Source: Roseburia sp.
GTDB taxonomy: Bacteria; Bacillota; Clostridia; Lachnospirales; Lachnospiraceae
Direction: 5' to 3'
Length of the DNA: 64,000 nt
NCBI GenBank assembly: GCA_050874345.1
Contig: JBNMKM010000005.1
Span: 51,553 to 115,552 of the forward strand
A model generated the notes under the pieces. It was not told where the DNA came from, did no database searches, and saw nothing but the letters and a program-made list of their open reading frames with translations. Every line of letters starts with the position of its first letter. The stretch's first letter is position 1. The translations under genes and the position numbers were made by a program. This document shows positions 45,677 to 54,693 of this stretch, piece by piece.

Positions 45677-47941
45677 ATGAGAAAAACAATCTTGTTTCAT
45701 GATAATTATATATTTGAAAAGGAAGGAGTCACTGAAAAAGTGACTCTTCCGCATACCTGGAATGCAGTGGATGGACAGAGTGCATCCGATTATTACAGGG
45801 GGGAATGTACTTACACAAAGAAATTTGCAAAACCGGAACTTAAAAGTGGAGAGCAGTTATATCTTGAAATAAACGGAGCAAATTCATCATCAAAGGTAAG
45901 TCTGAACGGAAAATTACTTGCATCACATGACGGGGGCTATTCTACCTACCGTGTAAATCTGACAGAGGAGCTTTTGGATGAAAACGAGCTTCAAATTAAG
46001 GTGGACAATTCACCAAATGACCATGTATACCCACAGAAAGCGGACTTTACATTTTATGGTGGCTTATACAGGGATGTGAAGCTTATCACGGTGCCGGAAA
46101 GCCATTTTGACCTTGATTATTATGGTGGAAAAGGCTTTTATGTGACACCGGAGATAAAGGAGGATGGCAGTGCGGAAGTTCAGTTTGATGCATATGTAGT
46201 TGGTGATGCAGATGAGATCCGTGTCGTAGTAAATGGGGATTTGGGTTCGCAGAGTGTGACACTTCATATTCCGCAAGAGGACACCCAGACACTGTATGAG
46301 GAGAGCGCACTTTGCAGAGTCAGACATTTTACAGGAAAGGTTATGATTGATCATCCGCATCTGTGGAATGGATTAAAGGACCCATTTTTATACACAGCGA
46401 CAGCAGACCTTAAGAAAAACGGCGAAGTAATAGATGAAGTGACAACAAAATTTGGATGCCGAAGCTATTCCTTTGACCCGGAAAAGGGATTTTTCTTAAA
46501 TGGAGAGAGCTATCCGCTCAGAGGAGTCTCCCGCCATCAGGACAGGCTTGGTGTTGGAAATGCACTCACAAAAGAGATGCATGAGGAAGACATGGGGCTG
46601 ATACTGTCAGTGGGGGCAAACTCCATCCGGCTTGCGCATTATCAGCATGACCAGTATTTTTATGATTTGTGTGATGAGAAGGGAATTGTGGCATGGGCTG
46701 AGATACCATATATCACAGTACATATGGAAGGTGGAAGAGAAAATACAATTTCCCAGATGAAGGAGCTGATTGTTCAAAACTACAATCATACTTCAATTAT
46801 TTGCTGGGCAATCTCGAATGAGATATCGTTACAGGGTGTGACAGAGGATTTATTGGAAAATCATAGAATCTTAAACGATTTGATTCACAGAATGGATAAG
46901 AGCCGGGTATCAGCAATGGCAAATCTGTTTATGCTTGAGACAGACAGCCCGCTTGTGAGCCTTCCGGATATCAGAGGCTACAATCTCTACTATGGCTGGT
47001 ATGTGGGGGAGATGGAAGACAATGATACATTTTTTGACCAGTTCCACAAGGAGCATCCCGACACCGTTATCGGACTGACAGAGTATGGCGCTGATTCCGT
47101 TATTACATTGCAGTCACCAAAGCCACAGAAAGGTGATTATACAGAAAGCTATATGGCAGTATATCATGAACATATGCTTGAGATGATTTCCAAAAGACCA
47201 TATCTGTGGGGCACCTATGTATGGAATATGTTTGAGTTTGCGGCAGCGGGACGTGATGAGGCGGGCGACCCTGGTAAAAATCACAAGGGGCTTGTTACCT
47301 TTGACAGGAAAGAGAAAAAGGATGCTTTTTATATCTATAAGGCATGGTGGAGCGACGAACCATTTGTCCATCTTTGTGGCAGGAGATATGCAGACCGCAT
47401 AGAGCCGGTCACCGAGGTGAAAGTGTACTCGAACCAGAAAAAAATTGCTCTTTATGTAGATGGAAAACTTTTTGGAGAGCAGGAAGGCGAGCATATTTTT
47501 AAATTTGAGGTTCCGATTGAGGGAGAGCATGTTATAAAAGCAGTTTGCACGGATAATGAAGCACTAAGTGACGAAATGACAATCCAAAAGGTCAGCGAAC
47601 CAAATCCTTCCTATTTTATGGATGCCACAAAGGTTCACAACTGGTTTGAAGAGCCGAAGGAAGAACCGGTAAGTGAAGAGGGAGAGTATCTCTCATTAAA
47701 CAGTACAATGGCAGAAATTCAGGCAACAGAAGAGGGTGCGGCACTTCTTGCGCAGATGATGAAGCAGATGCAGGGCTCAGTGGCTGGTGGTATGGGTAAG
47801 AATGTAAAAATACCAAAAGCAATGATGGCTATGATTGCCAGACAGCCGCTTAAGAAGCTTTTGGCACAGGGTGGAATCGATGCTGAGGGAGAGCAGGCGA
47901 AAATGCTTGCAGCGGCACTTGGAAGAATCCGGAAGAAGTAA
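45677..47941 (+). CDS. glycoside hydrolase family 2 (beta-galactosidase/beta-glucuronidase type), cytoplasmic
   Basis: GH2 sugar-binding, Ig and TIM domains: SIRLAHYQHD, AISNEIS (acid/base NE), TEYGAD (nucleophile E). No signal peptide. Confidence 0.85.
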   Translation: MRKTILFHDNYIFEKEGVTEKVTLPHTWNAVDGQSASDYYRGECTYTKKFAKPELKSGEQLYLEINGANSSSKVSLNGKLLASHDGGYSTYRVNLTEELLDENELQIKVDNSPNDHVYPQKADFTFYGGLYRDVKLITVPESHFDLDYYGGKGFYVTPEIKEDGSAEVQFDAYVVGDADEIRVVVNGDLGSQSVTLHIPQEDTQTLYEESALCRVRHFTGKVMIDHPHLWNGLKDPFLYTATADLKKNGEVIDEVTTKFGCRSYSFDPEKGFFLNGESYPLRGVSRHQDRLGVGNALTKEMHEEDMGLILSVGANSIRLAHYQHDQYFYDLCDEKGIVAWAEIPYITVHMEGGRENTISQMKELIVQNYNHTSIICWAISNEISLQGVTEDLLENHRILNDLIHRMDKSRVSAMANLFMLETDSPLVSLPDIRGYNLYYGWYVGEMEDNDTFFDQFHKEHPDTVIGLTEYGADSVITLQSPKPQKGDYTESYMAVYHEHMLEMISKRPYLWGTYVWNMFEFAAAGRDEAGDPGKNHKGLVTFDRKEKKDAFYIYKAWWSDEPFVHLCGRRYADRIEPVTEVKVYSNQKKIALYVDGKLFGEQEGEHIFKFEVPIEGEHVIKAVCTDNEALSDEMTIQKVSEPNPSYFMDATKVHNWFEEPKEEPVSEEGEYLSLNSTMAEIQATEEGAALLAQMMKQMQGSVAGGMGKNVKIPKAMMAMIARQPLKKLLAQGGIDAEGEQAKMLAAALGRIRKK

Positions 47942-47946
47942 GTGAA

Positions 47947-49278
47947 ATGAGGTCAGATAAAATGAGCAGATTTCCAGATAAATTTATGATTGGTGCGTCA
48001 ACGGCGGCGCACCAGGTAGAAGGCAACAATATACACAGCGACTATTGGGCGATGGAGCATTTGAAGCATACAAACTTTAATGAGCCATCATTAAATGCAG
48101 TGGATCACTATAACCGCTATGAGGAGGATATCCGCCTGATGGTGGAGGCGGGGCTTAACACGTATCGTTTTTCGATAGAGTGGGCGCGTATAGAGCCGGA
48201 AGAAGGAAAATTTGACGAGGCAGAAACAGAACATTACAGAAAGGTGCTCAAATGCTGCAGAGACAATGGAATAGAGCCGGTTGTCACCATGATGCATTTT
48301 ACATCTCCTGTATGGCTGATACAAAAAGGTGGATGGGAAAGCGAGGCAACCGTAAAGTATTTTGCAAGATACTGTGCATACGTAGCAGAAAAGCTTGGAG
48401 ACCTCATGCATTATGTCATCACAATCAATGAAGCAAATATGGGACTTCAGGTAGCTGCAATCGCAGAACGCTACAAACGTCAGATGATAGCGAAGCGCAA
48501 GGAAGGAAAAAAGAGTAAAAAAGATAAGAACATGGAAGGCACCGCTCAGGTTGGCATGAATTTCAACAAAATGCTGAAAAACATGTTCTGGCAGAGATTT
48601 GAGAATAAAAAAGTATTCGGGACAAGTAAACCACAAAATTTTGTCAGTGCAAGAACCCCGGAGGGAGATATCCTTGTGATGCGTGCACATCAGGCGGCAA
48701 AAGCGGCAATGAAAAAGGTGAATCCAAAACTTTTGATAGGATTGTCGCTGTCTCTTCACGATATCCAGGTTGTGAATGGCGGAGATGAGGTGGCAAGGCA
48801 TGAGTGGGAGGAGGAATTTACACATTACCTTCCATATATAAAGGAGGATGATTTTTTCGGACTGCAAAATTATACCAGAAGCCTTATCGGACCGGACGGA
48901 ATATGTCCTGTACCGAAGGGAGCTGAGACGACCCAGATGGACTATGAATTTTACCCACAGGCACTGGAGCACGTCATCCGGAGAGTGCATGACGAATTTG
49001 CAAAAGCCGGCAAAAAGGAGATGCCAATTATGGTTACAGAAAATGGTATCGCAACAGAGGATGATAGCAGAAGGGTTGCATTTATTGATGAGGCAACAAA
49101 GGGTGTGGCTGCATGTATTGCAGATAAGATACCGGTGATAGGATACTGCCATTGGTCGTTAATGGATAATTTTGAATGGCAGAAGGGCTTTTCAATGAAG
49201 TTTGGACTGATAGCAGTAGACAGAACTGTCATGAAACGCATGCCGAAAAACAGTCTTTATTTTCTTGGACAACTATAA
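47947..49278 (+). CDS. glycoside hydrolase family 1 beta-glycosidase, cytoplasmic
   Basis: FMIGASTAAHQVEG, YRFSIEWARIEP, TINEANMG (acid/base), VTENGIA (nucleophile). Alternative start at 47962. Confidence 0.85.
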   Translation: MRSDKMSRFPDKFMIGASTAAHQVEGNNIHSDYWAMEHLKHTNFNEPSLNAVDHYNRYEEDIRLMVEAGLNTYRFSIEWARIEPEEGKFDEAETEHYRKVLKCCRDNGIEPVVTMMHFTSPVWLIQKGGWESEATVKYFARYCAYVAEKLGDLMHYVITINEANMGLQVAAIAERYKRQMIAKRKEGKKSKKDKNMEGTAQVGMNFNKMLKNMFWQRFENKKVFGTSKPQNFVSARTPEGDILVMRAHQAAKAAMKKVNPKLLIGLSLSLHDIQVVNGGDEVARHEWEEEFTHYLPYIKEDDFFGLQNYTRSLIGPDGICPVPKGAETTQMDYEFYPQALEHVIRRVHDEFAKAGKKEMPIMVTENGIATEDDSRRVAFIDEATKGVAACIADKIPVIGYCHWSLMDNFEWQKGFSMKFGLIAVDRTVMKRMPKNSLYFLGQL

Positions 49279-49293
49279 TTGGGGAGGAACGAT

Positions 49294-51114
49294 ATGAAGT
49301 ATTATTGCAATCCGGTCAATATAAATTACAGATATCAGTTTAATGCGGACCAGAGAAAAAACAGAATCGCTATCTGCCGCGAAGCAGCTGACCCATCCAT
49401 GATAACTTTTAAGGGCAGATATTATATATTTGCATCCATGACGCTTGGCGTGTGGGTTTCGGATGATCTGGTAAAATGGGAAAATCATAAGTTGCCGTCA
49501 GAGCTTCCATTGTATGATTATGCGCCGGATGTGCGCGTGATGGGAGAGCATGTTTACTTCTGTGCTTCCAAAAAAGGAGAAAAATGTGACAGGTATCGCA
49601 CAAAGGATATCTTAAACGGACCATATGAGAAGATAGAGGGAACCTTTGATTTCTGGGACCCAAATCTGTTCGTGGATGATGATGGAAAAGTTTATTTTTA
49701 CTGGGGGTGTTCCAATGAAACTCCTGTCTGGGGAGTGGAGCTTGATCCACAGACCATGAATCCAAAGGGAGAGAGAAAAGAACTGATATACGCCAACCCT
49801 TATAAATACGGATATGAGCGAATCGGTGATGATAACAGCAAGCTGCCGCGCTCTAAGGAAGAGGTGGACGCCTGCTTTGACAACTTCATGAAGTCGCAGG
49901 GAACGCCCGTAGAGCAGATTCCAGCCATGTATATCCCTATGATTCGGGGAATGTTTACAGACAAGCCTTATATTGAGGGTGCCTGGATGGATAAGCATGA
50001 GGGCAGATATTATTTGCAGTATGCTTTTGCGGGTACACAGTACAATACCTATGGAGATGGAGTGTACATCTCAGACAAGCCGTTAGGACCATTTACGCCT
50101 GCAAAAAATAATCCGTATTCCTATCACCCAGGCGGATTTATGCCAGGGGCAGGTCACGGCTCTACAATGGAGGATTATCATGGGAACCTGTGGCACACTG
50201 CATCAATGCGAATCAGCGTAAACCATGATTTTGAGAGAAGAGTCGGTATCTGGAAGGCTGCATATGATGAGGAAGGGGAACTGTGCTGTAATCAGAGGTA
50301 TGGAGACTGGCCGACCGGTGTGTCTGACGAGAAAGAACAGGATATATGGGCAAATCCAGACTGGATGCTGTTATCATATAAGAAGGAAATGACGGCATCA
50401 TCATGTACGGAGGGGCATGCACCACAGCTTGCAGCGAATGAAAATGTGCAAAACTGGTGGCAGGCAGCATCATCCGACAGAAAAGAATGGCTGATGATGG
50501 ATTTGGGAAAAGCTATAGATGTGAGGGCTATCCAGATTAATTTTGCGGATGATGAAATCCATATTCCGGTTCCAGGGCAGATTAGGGGAACAACGCAGGC
50601 GAGATATATCGAGGAAGCAGAGATTGTAACCCAGTACCTGTTAGAAGGCTCTGTGGATGGAGAACATTTCTTTGTATTAGAAGATAAGACAAAAGCAGAT
50701 ACGGATTTGAGCCATGACTTTTTGGTATATGAGAATGGCATAGAGGTTCGTTATATAAGGCTGTCTGATATGAAAGTGCCTTACGGTCAAAAGCCATGTA
50801 TCAGCGGACTCAGAGTGTTTGGCAAAGGCGGGGGTGACCTGCCGGAGCAGGTCTCATACGAAGTGGAAAGAACCTCTGGAACAGACATGGAGGTTGTGAT
50901 GAAATCACAGGAGAAAGACGCTGCAGATGGGACTATGGGATACAACATTCTCTGGGGACTGAAACCGGATAAGCTGTATCACAGCTATCTCACATACGAC
51001 ACGAAAAAAAGAATAGGAGCTCTTGTTGACGGAGAATCCTACTATGTGAGAGTGGATGTATTTAATGAAAATGGAATTACGGAAGGAAGACTTCAGTTGG
51101 TAGAAAGTTTGTAA
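49294..51114 (+). CDS. glycoside hydrolase family 43 with C-terminal discoidin (F5/8 type C)-like domain, cytoplasmic
   Basis: ADPSMITFKGRYYIFAS is a GH43 blade-1 motif, followed by a five-bladed propeller region. The C-terminus has WWQAAS...EWLMMDLGKAIDVRAIQINF, which is discoidin-like. Start at ATG 49294 after GGGGAGG. Confidence 0.8.
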   Translation: MKYYCNPVNINYRYQFNADQRKNRIAICREAADPSMITFKGRYYIFASMTLGVWVSDDLVKWENHKLPSELPLYDYAPDVRVMGEHVYFCASKKGEKCDRYRTKDILNGPYEKIEGTFDFWDPNLFVDDDGKVYFYWGCSNETPVWGVELDPQTMNPKGERKELIYANPYKYGYERIGDDNSKLPRSKEEVDACFDNFMKSQGTPVEQIPAMYIPMIRGMFTDKPYIEGAWMDKHEGRYYLQYAFAGTQYNTYGDGVYISDKPLGPFTPAKNNPYSYHPGGFMPGAGHGSTMEDYHGNLWHTASMRISVNHDFERRVGIWKAAYDEEGELCCNQRYGDWPTGVSDEKEQDIWANPDWMLLSYKKEMTASSCTEGHAPQLAANENVQNWWQAASSDRKEWLMMDLGKAIDVRAIQINFADDEIHIPVPGQIRGTTQARYIEEAEIVTQYLLEGSVDGEHFFVLEDKTKADTDLSHDFLVYENGIEVRYIRLSDMKVPYGQKPCISGLRVFGKGGGDLPEQVSYEVERTSGTDMEVVMKSQEKDAADGTMGYNILWGLKPDKLYHSYLTYDTKKRIGALVDGESYYVRVDVFNENGITEGRLQLVESL

Positions 51115-51139
51115 GATAAGAAAGACAGGGAGAAAATTC

Positions 51140-51997
51140 ATGGCAATCAAAGCAGTACAACAGATTATGCTTGGAACAGTGACAGGCAGTGAAGCAAAGG
51201 CAAGAGAGACATTACAGGCAATGGTAAATGCCGGATATAACGGAATAGAGCTAAACAGTTTTATGGTTCATCCTACCCCATTTATGGTGCGGATGCTCAC
51301 AAAGGCTGCGGGCATGCCGACAGGCAATGGTGGAAAGCTTGACTGGGCAAAGCTGGTGAAGGAAGCAGGGCTTTCTGTTGTCAGCCTGCATAAGGACTTA
51401 GGTGGTATCGAGAGAGAACTTACGGAAACCGTGAAAGAAGCAGAAAAATATAATACTACAAATATTGTCATCACAGGAATGTACCGCTTTGATTATCGTG
51501 ATAAAACACAGGTTACAGATTTGTGTAACAGACTTAATGAAGCCGGAAAAAAACTGAAAGCAGAGGGGATTAATCTCCTATATCACAATCATAATTATGA
51601 ATTTCAGAAGGTGGATGGCAGACAGAATGCGTATGAATATATTATTTCAAATACAGATCCGGAGTATGTAGGGTTTGAGTTTGACTCCTACTGGCCGACA
51701 GAGGCGGGGGTGTGCGCACTGGATGTCATGAAGATGCTGGGTGACAGACTGAAGCTGTATCACATCAATGACAGAGGTACAAAACTTACAAAGCCTATGA
51801 TGACACCAATTCTTAAGTCTGACAGCTGTGAGCTTGGGTATGGAAATATGAATCTGGAAGCCTTATGCCGGCAGGCGTTGTCGGTTGGCGTGGAAGCAAT
51901 TGTGCTGGAAAGTCACAAAAACTGGATTGATAACTCGCCGATAAAATCGTTTGAGGCATCTGCAAAATTTATGAATGAACACGTTGGAACAGTTTAA
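51140..51997 (+). CDS. xylose-isomerase-like TIM-barrel protein (sugar phosphate isomerase/epimerase family)
   Basis: GYNGIELNS..., NLLYHNHNYEF, FEFDSYW, YHINDR follow the AP_endonuc_2 / xylose isomerase-like barrel pattern. Confidence 0.8.
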   Translation: MAIKAVQQIMLGTVTGSEAKARETLQAMVNAGYNGIELNSFMVHPTPFMVRMLTKAAGMPTGNGGKLDWAKLVKEAGLSVVSLHKDLGGIERELTETVKEAEKYNTTNIVITGMYRFDYRDKTQVTDLCNRLNEAGKKLKAEGINLLYHNHNYEFQKVDGRQNAYEYIISNTDPEYVGFEFDSYWPTEAGVCALDVMKMLGDRLKLYHINDRGTKLTKPMMTPILKSDSCELGYGNMNLEALCRQALSVGVEAIVLESHKNWIDNSPIKSFEASAKFMNEHVGTV

Positions 51998-52015
51998 AGA
52001 TACCGGGGAAAAATT

Positions 52016-54559
52016 ATGCAGGCAATTAATTTAAAAACAGAACATATGATAAATCCAATCGGAATTGATAGAAAGAATCCCTATCTGTCGTGGAACTGCG
52101 CAGATGGCAGGAGGCAGACTGCGTATGAAATTGTAGCCATGGATGAAAGTGGTGTGATTTGGGACAGCAGCCGGGTAGAGTCTGACAGTATGCATGCAGT
52201 CTGTCCTTTTGAAGGAAAGAGCAGACAGCGGATATCGTGGAAAATACGTCTGTGGGATGAAAATGATGAGGCGGGTGCGTGGAGTGAAAACGCTTTTTTT
52301 GAGATGGGGCTGTTAGATAAGACTGACTGGAAGGCAAAATGGATAAATCCGGAGCTTCAATGTGACCCGGGAGCACACAAACCAGCCAGTTATCTGAGAA
52401 CAACCTTTCAATGTGATGCAAAAAGCCGGAATCAAAAGGCAAGATTGTATGTAACGGCGCATGGTTTATATGAAGTCTGGCTGAATGGAAAAAGAGCTGG
52501 CGATTTTGTGCTTGCACCAGGCAGTTACAATTACGACAAGAGGCTTGCGTACCAGACTTATGATGTGTCAGGACTTTTATGCGAGGGCAAAAATGAAGTA
52601 GAAGTAATTCTCGGTGATGGCTGGTATCGAAGTGTCTCCGGAGTAGACGGAGACAGGAATCTCTACGGAGAGGATATCGCACTGCTGTTTCAGCTTGAGA
52701 TAGATGGTGAGGCGGTATGTGTTTCGGATGAAAAATGGGAGGCTTCACAAAATGGTGCGATACGTGAAAATGACATGCAGCAGGGTGAGATTGTTGACGC
52801 AAGATTATCTGAGGTGTCAGAGTACCATGAGGTGAAGACAGTGGATTTTTCCCTTGACAATCTGATATGCTCTGATTGTGTTCCTGTATGTGAGATGGAG
52901 CATTTTAATGGAAAACTGATAACGACACCAAATGGGGAGACCGTGATAGATTTTGGGCAAAATCTTGCGGGCTATGTGGAGTTTACACTGAATGCACATG
53001 AGGGAGATACCATTGTCCTGACACATGGGGAAACGTTAGATGAAAATGGCAATTTTACGCAGGAAAACTTTCAGGACAGAAAACGCCACAAGGAAGGTGG
53101 CACGAAGCAGCAGGTTGTGTATACATGTGCAGAGGGAGAAAATCACTATAAGACGAAGTTTTCGATATGGGGATTCCGATATGCAAAGGTTGAAACTACG
53201 ATTGGCATATCAGATGCTTCATTTACAGCAATTGCAGTGTATTCAAGGATGGAACAGCTGACAACGTTTGAGTGTGGAAATGCAGATGTAAACAAGCTTG
53301 TGCAAAACAGTATTTGGAGCCAGAAATCGAATTTCTGTGATGTCCCTACCGATTGTCCGACAAGAGAGCGTGCCGCCTGGACTGGAGATATGGGTGTGTT
53401 TGCCCATACAGGACTCTACCTTATGGATGCTTACCCGGTAATGCGGAAATGGCTTGCAGAGTGCAGGGCATCCCAGTTTGAGGATGGAAAAATTGCAAAT
53501 ATTGCACCGAGGAATAACAAGCCGTCTTTTTTCTCTGGGATTCTTGCCGGTTCGGTAGGCTGGGGGGATGCGTGTATCATTGTTCCATATGAGATGTACA
53601 AGCGGTATGGTGATGCAAGGATTTTATCCGAAAATTATGAGATGATGAAGAAGTGGTATGCATTTCTAGAAACGCGTGCTAAGAAGTCGCCAATGAATCC
53701 AGTAAAGAGATTGAAGCGAAACCCGTATCGCAGATACACGATAGAAACAGGAGTCGACTATGGTGAATGGTGTGAGCCTGATGTGGAAAGTACTTCTGCT
53801 ATGCGTACCCCGCAGGGAAAGGTTGCTACAGCATTTTTTGCACACTCAGGACAGATGATGGCAGAGATAGCAGCGATTCTTGGAAACGAAGAGGATGCTG
53901 CTCATTACAGTAAAACAGCAGAGCTGGCAAAGAAGGCATGGCGCTTTATTGCAACTGAGGATGGAAAGATACACTCAGACAGACAGGCTGACTATGTGAG
54001 GGCACTTACATTTGAACTCTTAGATGGGGAGGAAGCAAAGCAGGCAGCCGCCGATTTGAATGAACTGGTGAAAAAATGTGACTATCATTTAAACACCGGA
54101 TTTTTATCTACCCCTAATCTGACAAGAGTGCTGTGCGATTATGGATATGAGGACACTGCATATAAGCTGTTGCTGCAGGATACTAGACCGAGCTGGCTTT
54201 ATGAGGTGAAAAAGGGAGCTACCACTATCTGGGAAACATGGGATGGAATTAACGAAAAGGGCGAGGTCAAAGCCTCTCTCAATCATTATTCATATGGAGC
54301 CATATGTGGATGGATTTTAGACAGTGTATGTGGAATCAGGGTAGGGAATAATAAGATTACGATAAAACCTCATCCGGATAAAGCTCTCGGCTTTGCGAAG
54401 GCAGCTTATCATTCGCCATATGGCAGAATCGGATGTGGCTGGAAATATGATGGAGATAAGGTGATTTATGAAGTCGAGATTCCATCGAATGTCAAAGCCG
54501 AAGTCGTTTTGCAGGATGGCAGAAGTGAAATGTTAGAGGCGGGAAGTTACAGCCTGTGA
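52016..54559 (+). CDS. alpha-L-rhamnosidase (GH78), cytoplasmic
   Basis: NPIGIDRKNPYLSWN N-terminal rhamnosidase domain. Catalytic (alpha/alpha)6 region with DVPTDCPTRERAAWTGD. 847 aa. Confidence 0.9.
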   Translation: MQAINLKTEHMINPIGIDRKNPYLSWNCADGRRQTAYEIVAMDESGVIWDSSRVESDSMHAVCPFEGKSRQRISWKIRLWDENDEAGAWSENAFFEMGLLDKTDWKAKWINPELQCDPGAHKPASYLRTTFQCDAKSRNQKARLYVTAHGLYEVWLNGKRAGDFVLAPGSYNYDKRLAYQTYDVSGLLCEGKNEVEVILGDGWYRSVSGVDGDRNLYGEDIALLFQLEIDGEAVCVSDEKWEASQNGAIRENDMQQGEIVDARLSEVSEYHEVKTVDFSLDNLICSDCVPVCEMEHFNGKLITTPNGETVIDFGQNLAGYVEFTLNAHEGDTIVLTHGETLDENGNFTQENFQDRKRHKEGGTKQQVVYTCAEGENHYKTKFSIWGFRYAKVETTIGISDASFTAIAVYSRMEQLTTFECGNADVNKLVQNSIWSQKSNFCDVPTDCPTRERAAWTGDMGVFAHTGLYLMDAYPVMRKWLAECRASQFEDGKIANIAPRNNKPSFFSGILAGSVGWGDACIIVPYEMYKRYGDARILSENYEMMKKWYAFLETRAKKSPMNPVKRLKRNPYRRYTIETGVDYGEWCEPDVESTSAMRTPQGKVATAFFAHSGQMMAEIAAILGNEEDAAHYSKTAELAKKAWRFIATEDGKIHSDRQADYVRALTFELLDGEEAKQAAADLNELVKKCDYHLNTGFLSTPNLTRVLCDYGYEDTAYKLLLQDTRPSWLYEVKKGATTIWETWDGINEKGEVKASLNHYSYGAICGWILDSVCGIRVGNNKITIKPHPDKALGFAKAAYHSPYGRIGCGWKYDGDKVIYEVEIPSNVKAEVVLQDGRSEMLEAGSYSL

Positions 54560-54693
54560 TTTTGAAAAAGGTACATAGCGTCGGTTTTGAAATATACAGT
54601 TCATGCAAAAAAAGAAACCATTTATGCAGAAAGTGATGGTATTTGATATTCCTGTGCTACAATGTGACCATAAGAAAAAGGCAGGTTTTGATT

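Noticed and set aside
48091-49152. 353-aa ORF on the minus strand
   Set aside because: It lies entirely antisense to the well-supported GH1 gene. It has a Cys/His/Phe/Leu-rich composition with no motif and no ribosome-binding site. It is a typical shadow ORF.
52026-52802. 258-aa ORF on the minus strand
   Set aside because: It is antisense to the GH78 rhamnosidase gene. It is His/Pro/Ser-rich low-information sequence. Shadow ORF.
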